NCBI GenBank assembly: GCA_041910055.1 | Contig: JAYRRP010000003.1 | Span: 237,973-301,972 of the forward strand | Source: Candidatus Saccharimonadales bacterium | Lineage (GTDB): Bacteria; Patescibacteriota; Saccharimonadia; Saccharimonadales; JAYRRP01 | Direction of reading: 5' to 3' | Length of the DNA stretch: 64,000 nucleotides | Shown here: in pieces, positions 27,847 through 38,025 of the stretch | How the letters are laid out: the number at the start of each line of letters is the position of its first letter | Position numbering within the stretch: the stretch's first letter is position 1 | Position numbers and translations under genes: made by a program | The notes under the pieces: generated by a model | Told to the model about the DNA's origin: nothing | The model's input: only the letters and a program-made list of their open reading frames with translations | Databases searched by the model: none

Positions 27847-29031
27847 ATGATCGAACACATTACAGAAGGACAGCCTGTTGGTCAGTCGGTTCCTGAACAC
27901 GATCAACATAAAGTTGCGAGGGCAGCTGTCGCAGGTGTTGTAGCTCTTGGCTCCCTTGTGGGGGTGGGTCAAAACGCAGAGATAGAACATGCAACAGAAG
28001 TTTCTCCTCCGGTCGTGCATGAGACAGTGCAAAATACAACTGTAACGATTCAAGAACAGCTAGATAGTGATGTATTAAATGACTGGGCGCGGACTTTTGA
28101 GACAAGTCCCGAAGACAGTACAGAGTCTTTTGAACAAGTAGACAGATTTATCGAGGATCACTTAGATGTATTTTTGCATCCTGAAAAAATTACCTCAGTA
28201 AAAGTAACTGGCTTGGCATCGGCAGAAGGCGACACGCAAGGTGCGGATCTGGCAGAAGCTAATCCGAAAAATGAGCAGCTAGCTGCTCAACGGGCAGAGC
28301 TTGCCAGGGGGGCACTTATAGAAAGAGTAAAACAACGCTTTGGTTATGATTTAAATGAAAAAACTACGGTAAGTGCGATTGAAGACTCACTTACTCCGGC
28401 AGAAATAACACAAATCGATGAACTTGCCAGCAAATATAAATTTGAAAGTCACACTGAGATGATCAAGTTATATAATCGTGGGAAATTGACTAAAAATTCT
28501 GAGATTATTGAAATACTCGATACTTTGCTGAAAAAAGAGCGTGGAGCACTGATAGAAATAGAAGCTGATGAGGTGCAGGACGTAACTGTGCCTGGCTGGT
28601 ACGTTGAATCTGGACAAAGCGACCCTACTCCTAAAGAAAAGGAAATGACTTCGCGATACGAAGAAAAGGGCTATATTCCCGAGGAATCACAATTACAAGA
28701 AGAAAGCGACACTCCAGAACCAGAAGACTCCTATGATACTCACGAGCCTCAACTTATCAAAAAGAGTAATCGTGTAAAATCTGTAATTACGAAACGTGCA
28801 GAAGTTAATCCTCCAGAAGAGATTCACACAGATATAGGTCATGTAACGAAAGATTCTAAATATACACAGAAAATTACCGATCCTAGCCAGGTACACAAAC
28901 AAACCGCTGCTTATAATCATAAACAACCTTTGCCGCATAATTATTTTTCGGCAACTTCACGCCCAGCCCGTCGTACTGAAAGGAGTGGGCATAAATCAGT
29001 TAGCCGTAACAGGCAGGGTCGCCGGGGCTAA
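27847..29031 (+). CDS. membrane-anchored acidic protein with a possible OmpA-like motif
   Basis: N-terminal hydrophobic segment. VTGLASAEGD...N..LAAQRAELARGAL resembles the OmpA-C core (weak). Basic C-terminal tail. AT-rich upstream region with TTGACT-17-TATCTT. Confidence 0.5.
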   Translation: MIEHITEGQPVGQSVPEHDQHKVARAAVAGVVALGSLVGVGQNAEIEHATEVSPPVVHETVQNTTVTIQEQLDSDVLNDWARTFETSPEDSTESFEQVDRFIEDHLDVFLHPEKITSVKVTGLASAEGDTQGADLAEANPKNEQLAAQRAELARGALIERVKQRFGYDLNEKTTVSAIEDSLTPAEITQIDELASKYKFESHTEMIKLYNRGKLTKNSEIIEILDTLLKKERGALIEIEADEVQDVTVPGWYVESGQSDPTPKEKEMTSRYEEKGYIPEESQLQEESDTPEPEDSYDTHEPQLIKKSNRVKSVITKRAEVNPPEEIHTDIGHVTKDSKYTQKITDPSQVHKQTAAYNHKQPLPHNYFSATSRPARRTERSGHKSVSRNRQGRRG

Positions 29032-29045
29032 GTAGCTTGACAGTA

Positions 29046-31853
29046 CTACAGTTGGGCCTTTAAAAAAACCGATTTAGCCCGTGGGCGGTGAGGATTTTGG
29101 CTTATGATACGTTGTACTTCACGAACAGATAGGAAAATTGCAGCTGCACCGATTGCATATAGCCAATCGATAACTGATAACGGCCCAGCATTGAAATAAG
29201 GTGCTACCCAAGGTACATAAATAATGCCAAGTACACAAACTAATGATAGGGCTAAGGCTAACCAGAGTTCTTTATTATGCAGTTGGTAGCGTGTGAATAA
29301 GCCATCTTGACTGCGCCGCTGCAGAATATTACCAAGTTGGCACAAAACAATCGTTACATACGTTACTGCCGTCGCTTTCATGTGCCATGGGCTGCCGTGC
29401 ATTAAACCACTTGGGTTTACGTGGTTTCGGTTGAAAAACAGCATATAGTTTGCGAAAGCGAGCCCGCCAATAAGTAGTCCGCACCACAGCAAGTCAGTAA
29501 TACTCCCATGGTTAAGGATATGGTGTTTAGGGTTACGTGGCGGTTCGTCCATGAGTTCGCGATCGGCTTGATCCCAACCAAGTGCGGCGATGGGGAATAA
29601 CTCAGCAACAAGGTCGATAGCCAAAATTTCCATAACACTGAGGGCGAGAGGTACATGGAATAAGCTGGCGGCTGCTAAACTGGACAAGTTCACAACTAGT
29701 TCAGCTGCATTGGAAGTAAAGCAGCTGAGTGTTCCTTTCTTGATATTTTGAAAAACAATCCTTCCTTGTTGAATGGCACCTACTAGCGTGTGGAAACTGT
29801 CATCTAATAAAACTATTTCAGCAGACTGTTTTGACACGTCTGTTCCGGTTCGTCCCATAGCTACTCCAATATCTGCTCGCTTTAGGGCAGGTGCATCATT
29901 AATACCGTCACCAGTCACTGCCACAATATGTCCACTGTCCTTCACGAGCCCTACAATACGTAGTTTATCTTCGGGACTAACACGGGAAAATATCACACTC
30001 CCATTCACCACCATATCAATGATTTGGGTATCACTTAAGTTACGGATTTCTTCGCCGGTAACCAAAGTGATATCTCCCTCCTTCGTCGCTAAGCCTGCCT
30101 TTGCTGCAATCGCCTTGGCGGTAACAGAGTGATCTCCAGTGATAATAGAGACCTTAATATGGGCCTTATGCGAATCAGCCATGGCCACGGGTACCTCATC
30201 ACGGAGGGGGTCAATCATTGAAACCATCCCAAGGTAAGTTAAGCCTGACTCGGCTTGTTCCATGGTGATTGAATCTGGCTTAGTGTTGGCAGGCAAAACT
30301 TTATAGGCGAAAGCTAAATTTCGCATTGCTTTCTGAGCAAGCTGTATATTTTCATTGAGTATCCAATTTCGGGTCTTTTGGCCAAGAGGTCGCGTATGGT
30401 CATGGTCCCAAATGTCGTCACATTTTTCGATGATACTTTCGGGTGCGCCTTTGGCGAATACATAAAGTTGCTTGCCATCACCCCACACCCGTATAGAGCT
30501 CATACGTTTGCGGGCAGAGTCGAAGGTAAACTCCTTTAGTTCTGGAAATTGCTTGTCTAGCTTTTCGGGGTCCAGTCCCGCCTTTTTTGCGAGAGTGATA
30601 AGGGCTCCTTCGGTTGGGTCTCCCACTGTGTACCAAACTGGATGTTCTTGATCTGGTGGGTGAACGTGGGCATTACTGGCGAAAACGCCGGTGACAAAAA
30701 ACAAGTTGAAATTCTGGATTTGTCGCGCATTCAGTGGCTGTTTATTTTCGTTCAGAATGTGGCCATTGGCTTCATAACCGGTGCCGGCAACCGGGTAGGG
30801 AGTGTCACCTATTAATATACTTTCTACAGTCATTTGATTTTGGGTAAGGGTGCCGGTTTTATCAGTACAAATGATACTAGTCGCACCTAAAGTTTCAACG
30901 GCTGATAATTTTTTGACAAGAGCCCGGGCTCTGGCAAGTTTGTTGGCTGCCTGGGCAAGCGTTGTATTAATTTCGGCGGGCAAGCCTTGGGGAATAATTG
31001 AGCTGGCAATGCCAATAGCGAATAGAAATGCTTCTTTGTAACCTAGTCCAGCTTTTACGGCAATGGGAAGTAAAACTGCACACAGAATAACAGTACCCTG
31101 GGTAACACGGGTGGCAATATTGTTCATTTCTTTCTGCAAAGGACTAATATCAGCTGGTGCATCTTGGCTCAGGTTGGCGATTCTTCCTAATTCCGTACCC
31201 ATTCCGGTAGCAATGACTACCCCGTGACCGTGGCCGGTTGCTACCGTTGTCCCCATGAACACTAAATTGTGCCGATCAGCCAATGGTACCTCACTGCTGA
31301 TAGCGTGGATGAATTTGCGGCTAGGGTTAGATTCGCCGGTAAGGGCAAAGTCATTAGTGGCAAGTTCAGACTCATCCAGCAATCGCAAATCACTTGGTAC
31401 AGAATCTCCCTCCTCAATAAATACAACGTCTCCTGGTACTAAATCAGTTGAGGCCATTGATTGTAGGGTGCCATCACGCAAAACCTTGGCTTCTGGCACC
31501 ACCAGCCGGTCTAAACTCTCCATGATACGCTCGGCTTTAAACTCCTGGATAAAGCCGATTCCAGTATTAAAGAGGACAAGTGCAAGGAGTACATAACTGG
31601 TACGATGATCTCCTAGGTAAAACGAGATAATGCTGCTGACGAGCAACAACACAATCATGAGGTCTTTATAAAGTCGCAAGTATCGTCGTAACCACGAAAC
31701 CTTATGCACTTGCTTGAGCTGGTTCGGTCCATATTCAGTCAGACGGGATTGTGCCTGGCTTGAGGTTAATCCTTCAGTCTGGCTATTCCATTGTGTGAGT
31801 GTTTCTTCGGGTGTGCACAGATAGGAAGGCTTATTTGTATTTGTGTTTGGCAT
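29046..31853 (-). CDS. cation-transporting P-type ATPase (P2-like, Ca2+/Mg2+-type)
   Basis: DKTGTLT, TGES, TGD and GDGINDAPALKRADIGVAMG motifs with 10 TMs. Start set to ATG 31853 (MPNTNTN...), 9 nt after a minus-strand TATACT with TTGCGC at -35. Confidence 0.9.
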   Translation of the reverse strand: MPNTNTNKPSYLCTPEETLTQWNSQTEGLTSSQAQSRLTEYGPNQLKQVHKVSWLRRYLRLYKDLMIVLLLVSSIISFYLGDHRTSYVLLALVLFNTGIGFIQEFKAERIMESLDRLVVPEAKVLRDGTLQSMASTDLVPGDVVFIEEGDSVPSDLRLLDESELATNDFALTGESNPSRKFIHAISSEVPLADRHNLVFMGTTVATGHGHGVVIATGMGTELGRIANLSQDAPADISPLQKEMNNIATRVTQGTVILCAVLLPIAVKAGLGYKEAFLFAIGIASSIIPQGLPAEINTTLAQAANKLARARALVKKLSAVETLGATSIICTDKTGTLTQNQMTVESILIGDTPYPVAGTGYEANGHILNENKQPLNARQIQNFNLFFVTGVFASNAHVHPPDQEHPVWYTVGDPTEGALITLAKKAGLDPEKLDKQFPELKEFTFDSARKRMSSIRVWGDGKQLYVFAKGAPESIIEKCDDIWDHDHTRPLGQKTRNWILNENIQLAQKAMRNLAFAYKVLPANTKPDSITMEQAESGLTYLGMVSMIDPLRDEVPVAMADSHKAHIKVSIITGDHSVTAKAIAAKAGLATKEGDITLVTGEEIRNLSDTQIIDMVVNGSVIFSRVSPEDKLRIVGLVKDSGHIVAVTGDGINDAPALKRADIGVAMGRTGTDVSKQSAEIVLLDDSFHTLVGAIQQGRIVFQNIKKGTLSCFTSNAAELVVNLSSLAAASLFHVPLALSVMEILAIDLVAELFPIAALGWDQADRELMDEPPRNPKHHILNHGSITDLLWCGLLIGGLAFANYMLFFNRNHVNPSGLMHGSPWHMKATAVTYVTIVLCQLGNILQRRSQDGLFTRYQLHNKELWLALALSLVCVLGIIYVPWVAPYFNAGPLSVIDWLYAIGAAAIFLSVREVQRIISQNPHRPRAKSVFLKAQL

Positions 31854-31977
31854 GCCACTAGCAGTATACGCTTTTACTCTGTTTGCGCGCAAAACTGACA
31901 ATAGTTGCAAGAGAAGAGAAAAAACAGGTATAATTTATAGTAGTGTAAGCTGCAAATTTATTTCTTAGGTTTTACAA

Positions 31978-33282
31978 ATGGTATTTGAGCAAGCGAGAGA
32001 TGAAATATACGAGAATCGTCCACTGACAGATGAACAGTCAGTGCTTCAACTTGTACCGAAAATTGGCGAAATGGTTCTCTGCAATGAGGTGCAAGAGGCA
32101 TGGGCTACCGATGAACGATCAGAAGAACTACTTGCTTTATACGCCAAACCGCCTGGTTTTGAGCTACCTGAAGACATTGGGCAATTACCTATTTACGAGA
32201 GGCAAGAGAAGAAGCGACATAATGGGAAAGACAAAGCTGAGTCAGGTGTAGTCACCAGTGCACTCAGGCAGTACGAGATAGAGATTGGCAAATACTCTCT
32301 GCTGGAAAGGGCCGATGAAGTAAGGCTGGCAAAATATATTGAGGTCGGCAAAACTGCCTCCACTTATCTTGAAACGCATAGTGAGGAACTGACAGAACCG
32401 CAACGGAATTACTTGCGCGAGACTATTCAACAAGGTTGGCTGGCAAAAGAAGATTTTGCACGGGCAAACCTACGGTTAGTAGCCAAGATTGCCTACAAGT
32501 ATAGGCCGGCAGCTGATGACCAGATGAAACTGGATACAATCCAAGAGGGCAACATTGGCTTACAAACAGCCGTTGAAAAGTTTGAATGGCGAAGAGGTTT
32601 CAAGTTTTCCACCTATGCCTCCTGGTGGATTAAACAATCAATTACAAAGGGTGACAATCAAAACGAAGGGGCGATACGGGTTCCAGTGAACGTGAAAAGT
32701 ATGATTAGAAGGCTCGATAATATAGAGCAAGAATTCGTGATTACGCACGGCGAAATGCCTGATTCAGAGGTTGTTGCAGATGAATTAAATGTTAAGCCAG
32801 AGGTTATTGATGAACTGCGACGAACTCGTAATAACATGAAAACCATGAGTCTCGATGCTCCTATGACCGGGGGTGATATGAGTGACCTCGACTTCGATAG
32901 TACTTCCTGGGCATTTGATTTAGCGAATGAGTCTCGTAGTCTGGATCCCGCATATCATGCAATTGAGAAAGACAGTTCGAGAATTACGGAAGAGGTGTTG
33001 GCCACAGAACTGGATGAGGATGAACAGAGGGTGATATGTTTGAAACTGGGTATCGGGCAAGAAGCCCAAAAACAAATCAGGATCATTACTCAAAAGACAA
33101 AAGAAGAGAACAGAGATGGGCTAACGGATGGAGAGATAGCCAAAGAGATGGGTAAAAAGAGTGACGAAATAAAGTGGATATACTACCGAGCTCTTGAAAG
33201 ATTAAAGGATAATAGTGCTGCCATCCTTCGTTTAAACCGCTTGAGAGATAATGAGTCTCTGAACGAAGCTGAGTATCAATAA
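31978..33282 (+). CDS. second sigma-70 family factor (group 1/2-like, divergent)
   Basis: NLRLVAKIAYKY and [35 protein letters not shown] (region 2), region 3, and region 4 with an inserted Lys/Glu-rich segment. Confidence 0.85.
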   Translation: MVFEQARDEIYENRPLTDEQSVLQLVPKIGEMVLCNEVQEAWATDERSEELLALYAKPPGFELPEDIGQLPIYERQEKKRHNGKDKAESGVVTSALRQYEIEIGKYSLLERADEVRLAKYIEVGKTASTYLETHSEELTEPQRNYLRETIQQGWLAKEDFARANLRLVAKIAYKYRPAADDQMKLDTIQEGNIGLQTAVEKFEWRRGFKFSTYASWWIKQSITKGDNQNEGAIRVPVNVKSMIRRLDNIEQEFVITHGEMPDSEVVADELNVKPEVIDELRRTRNNMKTMSLDAPMTGGDMSDLDFDSTSWAFDLANESRSLDPAYHAIEKDSSRITEEVLATELDEDEQRVICLKLGIGQEAQKQIRIITQKTKEENRDGLTDGEIAKEMGKKSDEIKWIYYRALERLKDNSAAILRLNRLRDNESLNEAEYQ

Positions 33283-33338
33283 GCCATAGTTTATTGAATA
33301 GCTGTATGGTAGTTACACCTTAGGCTATACTGATTGAT

Positions 33339-35966
33339 ATGGCGAGGAAGAAGTTGGCTATCATAGATGGCAAGAGTGTATTTTATCGTGGCTACTATGC
33401 TATGCCTAACCTGAGCACTAAAGATGGTACGCCAACCGGCGGAGTATATGGTTTCGCGGTGATGGCTCTTGAACTTATCAAAAAGCTTCAGCCTGATTAT
33501 GTGTGTGTTGCCTGGGATAAACCAAAAACAAACATTCGCAAACGTCTGGAGATGTATCCAGCCTACAAAGCAGGTAGAAAGCCAGCTCCCCCGGATTTTT
33601 ATGACCAAATTCCGCTTTTGCATGAACTTCTGGAGGCATTTGGTTGGCCACTGTATGAGCTTGATGATTATGAGGCTGACGATATTATGGGAACTTTAGC
33701 CGTCAAGGCTAAAGAAAAAGATATTGAAACAATGCTCATTACGAGTGACCTCGATGCCCTGCAACTCATCAATGCGCATGTCAAGGTATATGCTCTTAAG
33801 AAGGGATTTAGCAATATTGATTTATTTCACCCTGAGAGTTTTACCGCCAAGTACGGATTACACCCCGACCAGTTCTTGGACCTCAAAGCTCTTAAAGGTG
33901 ACGCATCGGATAATATCCCGGGCGTACCTGGTATCGGTGAAAAGGGTGCAATAGGGCTCCTGCAACAGTTTGGATCACTAGAAGAGATCTATCAGAACTT
34001 GGATTTAGTCAAGGACAGTATCCGCAAGAAACTAGAAGCTGGTAAAGAATCAGCTGACTTGAGTAAAAAACTTGCAGCCATCTGGACCGATGCACCTGTT
34101 CAGCTGCACCTGACTGCCATGGATGGCAGTAAGTGTAACCCGACTAGAATACAAGAGATTCTGCAGAAACTGGAATTTAGGACGTTGGCGAGGCAGTTAC
34201 CCCAGTATATGCATGTCCCCGAACAGGAACTTGCTGCGTCAAAAGCGGACTTATTGATACCCCGTGAGATATTAGTGTCGCGCAACGAAGATTTAAAAAA
34301 TTTATCGTGGCCGAAGAGCAAAGAAGTCGTTATTTATGCTATGAGTAGCCAGCCGCACGGCCAAACTCCCGAAACTCTTGTTATATCTCCAGGCAAAGAC
34401 ACGGTAGTAACGTTTAACCTGGCAAAACTTGATCAGAAAAAGGTAAAGACTTACTTGCAGAAATACTTAGAGTCACAAGTACTGGTCGGTTACAACCTAA
34501 AGGCAAGCTTGCAAGTACTTAGAAGCCTAGGCATTAATGCGCGAAATACTGGGCATGATGTGCTGGTTGGTGCTTTTTTGCTTAATCCATTAAGACGAGA
34601 GCAGGGTCTGGATGAGTTGGCGGCGGTCGAATTGGGTGTTCATCTTCCTACAATTGAAGAAAACGGTGGTAAATCGGTCTGGCCAACAACAGTTGCAGTG
34701 ATCCGTACTCTTACGGAACTGCAACGAATTGAACTCGATAAAATCCCAAAGCTGGCTGTACTGAATCACGATATTGAGCTACCGGTTATTCCAGTATTAT
34801 CTGACATGGAATACGTAGGTATCAGATTGGATACTGGCTATCTTAAAGTTATCTCAGCACAGATAGACGATATGGTGAGTGACCTTGAACAACAAATTTA
34901 TGGACATGCCGATTATGAGTTCAATATCAGCTCGCCAGGCCAGTTAGCTGAAGTGTTGTTCGATAAATTGCAGCTACCAACAGATTCAATTAAGAGGGGC
35001 AAAACAGGGTTTTCGACCGCGGCAAGTGAGCTGGAAAAGCTGAAGCCGATCCATCCGATTATTAGTCTGATCCTAAGCTATCGAGAAGTAACTAAACTCA
35101 AGAATACTTATGTTGATACGTTGCCAAAAATGGTAGATAAAGACTCCCGGTTGCATACAACTTATAACCTTACAATTGCCCAAACAGGGCGGTTAAGTTC
35201 TACTGACCCGAATCTCCAGAACATCCCGGTCAGGACAGAACTTGGCAAACAGATACGCGGGGCGTTTGTTGCAGGAGAAGGCAATGCATTAGTCAGTGCT
35301 GATTATTCACAGTTCGAACTGAGATTGGCTGCCGTGCTGGCTGACGACAAAGAATTAATACATATGTTTAACCAGGGGGCAGATATTCACACCATGACCG
35401 CTGCCCAAGTTTACAACCGTGATCCGGAAGATATCAGCAAACAAATGCGACGTGATGCGAAAGTGATTAATTTTGGCGTGTTGTATGGAATGAGTCCTCA
35501 TGGCTTAAGCGTGGCTACAGGAATGAGTCGTGAGCAGGCCAAGACTTACATTGAGAAATATTTTGAATTACGTAAGCCGCTGCTTGATTACTTAAATGAA
35601 CTGAAGGAAAAAGCTCGAAAAGATGGCTATGTGGAGACGCTATTTGGGAGACGGCGTCCTATGCCCGATATTAAATCTAGTAACTTCATGGTTCGTGCGG
35701 CTGCCGAAAGAGCAGCCATTAATATGCCAATCCAGGGCACAGAAGCAGATCTAATGAAAATGGCCATGATCCAGGTAAGCCACAAGTTAGCAGATAGTTC
35801 GTGCAAACTGTTGCTACAAGTTCATGATTCAATACTTGTAGAATGTCCTTCTAATGAAGCGCAGGCAACAGCGGACCTACTCAAAAATACTATGGAGTCA
35901 GTTTATAAATTACCAGTGAACTTAGATGTCGATACCGCAATCGGGCAGAACTGGGGAGAACTTTGA
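33339..35966 (+). CDS. polA: DNA polymerase I
   Basis: 875 aa; 5'-nuclease N-terminus (LAIIDG...YKAGR), Pol A motifs (DYSQFELR, RRDAKVINFGVLYG, QVHDSILVE). Confidence 0.95.
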   Translation: MARKKLAIIDGKSVFYRGYYAMPNLSTKDGTPTGGVYGFAVMALELIKKLQPDYVCVAWDKPKTNIRKRLEMYPAYKAGRKPAPPDFYDQIPLLHELLEAFGWPLYELDDYEADDIMGTLAVKAKEKDIETMLITSDLDALQLINAHVKVYALKKGFSNIDLFHPESFTAKYGLHPDQFLDLKALKGDASDNIPGVPGIGEKGAIGLLQQFGSLEEIYQNLDLVKDSIRKKLEAGKESADLSKKLAAIWTDAPVQLHLTAMDGSKCNPTRIQEILQKLEFRTLARQLPQYMHVPEQELAASKADLLIPREILVSRNEDLKNLSWPKSKEVVIYAMSSQPHGQTPETLVISPGKDTVVTFNLAKLDQKKVKTYLQKYLESQVLVGYNLKASLQVLRSLGINARNTGHDVLVGAFLLNPLRREQGLDELAAVELGVHLPTIEENGGKSVWPTTVAVIRTLTELQRIELDKIPKLAVLNHDIELPVIPVLSDMEYVGIRLDTGYLKVISAQIDDMVSDLEQQIYGHADYEFNISSPGQLAEVLFDKLQLPTDSIKRGKTGFSTAASELEKLKPIHPIISLILSYREVTKLKNTYVDTLPKMVDKDSRLHTTYNLTIAQTGRLSSTDPNLQNIPVRTELGKQIRGAFVAGEGNALVSADYSQFELRLAAVLADDKELIHMFNQGADIHTMTAAQVYNRDPEDISKQMRRDAKVINFGVLYGMSPHGLSVATGMSREQAKTYIEKYFELRKPLLDYLNELKEKARKDGYVETLFGRRRPMPDIKSSNFMVRAAAERAAINMPIQGTEADLMKMAMIQVSHKLADSSCKLLLQVHDSILVECPSNEAQATADLLKNTMESVYKLPVNLDVDTAIGQNWGEL

Positions 35967-36065
35967 TGCCAACGTATGTCTATTGAGAGTTTAGGACAAT
36001 GTCGGGGCACTAGATAAGCAGAAAAATAACCACTACATAAGGTTGAAAAATCACAAACAAAGTTG

Positions 36066-36082
36066 TATGATATATTATCATA
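36066..36082. promoter_or_regulatory. perfect 7-3-7 palindrome TATGATA-TAT-TATCATA overlapping a -10 box
   Basis: TTGAAA-17 nt-TATGAT promoter upstream of the 36107 gene. The palindrome starts at the -10 box. Confidence 0.35.
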
Positions 36083-36106
36083 TAACCTAATGGGTTTTGG
36101 TGATAA

Positions 36107-36685
36107 ATGCGTTACTATACTCGCTACATTATTATCGGCATTCTTCTTTTGGTGGTTTTCTTCTTCGGCTTTCGATTTGCGTGGAGATTGGTTTTTCGTC
36201 GTACTGGCACACCTGCACAGCCAAAAGTTGTACTGACCAACTATATTACGCCTGATTCTTATGTGCGCCTCACTATGCGGGGTATTGTCAACAGTGAAGA
36301 ACATCATCGCAATATACGAATTACTGTTAGCCAGAGCCAACGCTCAATTGATATATTGCAGGGCTACCAGAACCACTTATTAAAATCTGAGACCCTGGAT
36401 AACAACGCTTCAGCTTATGATGTGTTTATGCACGCCTTGCAGCGACAGAATTTTACTGGGATACGATATGATCGTTCGGCAGACTCCACGGGAGCTTGTT
36501 CCCTAGGAAATGTCTTTACCTATGAACTAGTGAATGGGAGCCAGCAAGTATTACAAAGCTGGTCAGCAACTTGTTCAGCCTTAGGTACCTATACTGGCAA
36601 CACACCTAATACTCTCACGCTTTTTCAGCGTCAAATACCTGATTATGGCAAATTCATTCAGGGCGTGAGCCTCAGCACACCGTAG
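36107..36685 (+). CDS. N-terminally anchored hypothetical protein
   Basis: TM IIIGILLLVVFFFGF followed by a 150-aa globular region. Confidence 0.5.
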   Translation: MRYYTRYIIIGILLLVVFFFGFRFAWRLVFRRTGTPAQPKVVLTNYITPDSYVRLTMRGIVNSEEHHRNIRITVSQSQRSIDILQGYQNHLLKSETLDNNASAYDVFMHALQRQNFTGIRYDRSADSTGACSLGNVFTYELVNGSQQVLQSWSATCSALGTYTGNTPNTLTLFQRQIPDYGKFIQGVSLSTP

Positions 36686-36773
36686 AAAAGCATAAACACT
36701 TGACAAAGGTGTTTATTGACAGTATATTTAACTTTAGTTAGTTCGATCATGAAAATATAAAAAGGATAGATTC

Positions 36774-36971
36774 ATGGCAGAAACCGGACATGTCTACGTG
36801 GTTGGTAAAGCAGACCAAGTCGGGGAAGATAACCCGTTTGTGATTGCTGGCAGCGTCTTTCCTGAGGCATACGAACTGGATGCCACTGAATCATTGTTTG
36901 ATGAGTTTACCGAGCAATTAGTCGGTGCAACCGCTTTAAGTTCTTACCTAGAAACCCACTCGGATAATTAA
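36774..36971 (+). CDS. small acidic hypothetical protein (65 aa)
   Basis: TTGACA-17-TATATT promoter at about 36699-36728 and an AAGGA SD-like element. Confidence 0.4.
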   Translation: MAETGHVYVVGKADQVGEDNPFVIAGSVFPEAYELDATESLFDEFTEQLVGATALSSYLETHSDN

Positions 36972-37199
36972 ATTTTTTTTGGTATTTACTGCTTGGCGTA
37001 AGGCGTCTATTTCTAGCCTTAAAGTGGCAGCGAGGGCACTGTTGGGGGCGTGAATGACTATAGATTTACCCATAGTGGCAATATGAACTTTTGCACCGTA
37101 TTTTTTGAATATATAGTTTTGGAGGGCAGTAAACTCGGCAGGTTCCTGGTATTTATCTCTAACTATATCACCGATTTCCATACCTATCATTCTACACAC
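36948..37199 (-). CDS. DUF721/DciA-like small protein (start uncertain: GTG 37199 or ATG 37190/37181)
   Basis: The ...VHIATMGKSIVIHAPNSALAATLRLEIDALRQAVN pattern resembles DUF721. Confidence 0.45.
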   Translation of the reverse strand: MCRMIGMEIGDIVRDKYQEPAEFTALQNYIFKKYGAKVHIATMGKSIVIHAPNSALAATLRLEIDALRQAVNTKKNLIIRVGF

Positions 37200-37285
37200 A
37201 ACGGGAAGTTCGGGAGAAGCTTATTGACAAGATTAAAGTTTGATAGTACAGTAATGTCGATTTTAAATGAGTGAACGGAGTAAGA

Positions 37286-37984
37286 ATGAGCAGAATGGAA
37301 CGTCAATCTAACCCTAACCGAGTACGCCGTGCTATGGTAGCAGCCGGAGCTGCTCTTGCTATTATAGGAGCTACAAATGCTTGCAATGATAACGAAAAGG
37401 CCGCACCAACAAGTCAGAATGATACTGAAGCAACTTCACCATCATTAGCTCCAACAACTACACTTGAACAAGGGCCCCATAACGAAAGAGTGCGTACTCA
37501 GGTACTCGAGCCATTGCTGGTCACCGCCCGTTCCTTTTATGAAACAAATAAGGCAGCAGCTACTGTCCAACACTCGGCGGATGATAGAACATATGTAAAT
37601 TTTGTGAGACAAACCAAAGATGGGCTGTCCGTAGAAGTACATATTGATTCCGAGCCGGGAGTAGGAAATCCTCTTTATGCCAATTCCGACCAGATATCTA
37701 GGTTGGAAATGACTGCTGTTAAAAGGGGGCAAGGGGAAGTTACTTCAGATAATCCTCGAGGGGATCTAGTCCTACAAGAAATCCGAGTTTTTACTGCGCC
37801 TATGGGTAAGGTTGAACGGTTAGATGTCACTGGTAGCCAGTACGAATCTGACTCAGGCGAGGTAATTTTCGGCAGCCAAGGTGATATTTCAGGTATCAAA
37901 AATGAGAACTGGATAATTAGCCAACCTGATGAAGCAATAAGTATTGCTGCTCAGGTTGCACAGCAGATGCCGCCTTCACTCTAA
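37286..37984 (+). CDS. putative lipoprotein
   Basis: Lipobox-like IIGATNAC after a basic n-region. GGAG SD before ATG 37286. TTGACA-17-TACAGT promoter upstream. Confidence 0.55.
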   Translation: MSRMERQSNPNRVRRAMVAAGAALAIIGATNACNDNEKAAPTSQNDTEATSPSLAPTTTLEQGPHNERVRTQVLEPLLVTARSFYETNKAAATVQHSADDRTYVNFVRQTKDGLSVEVHIDSEPGVGNPLYANSDQISRLEMTAVKRGQGEVTSDNPRGDLVLQEIRVFTAPMGKVERLDVTGSQYESDSGEVIFGSQGDISGIKNENWIISQPDEAISIAAQVAQQMPPSL

Positions 37985-38025
37985 ACCGTTGAAGTTTTGT
38001 GATTGCCAGCTACTTAATTCAAAGA

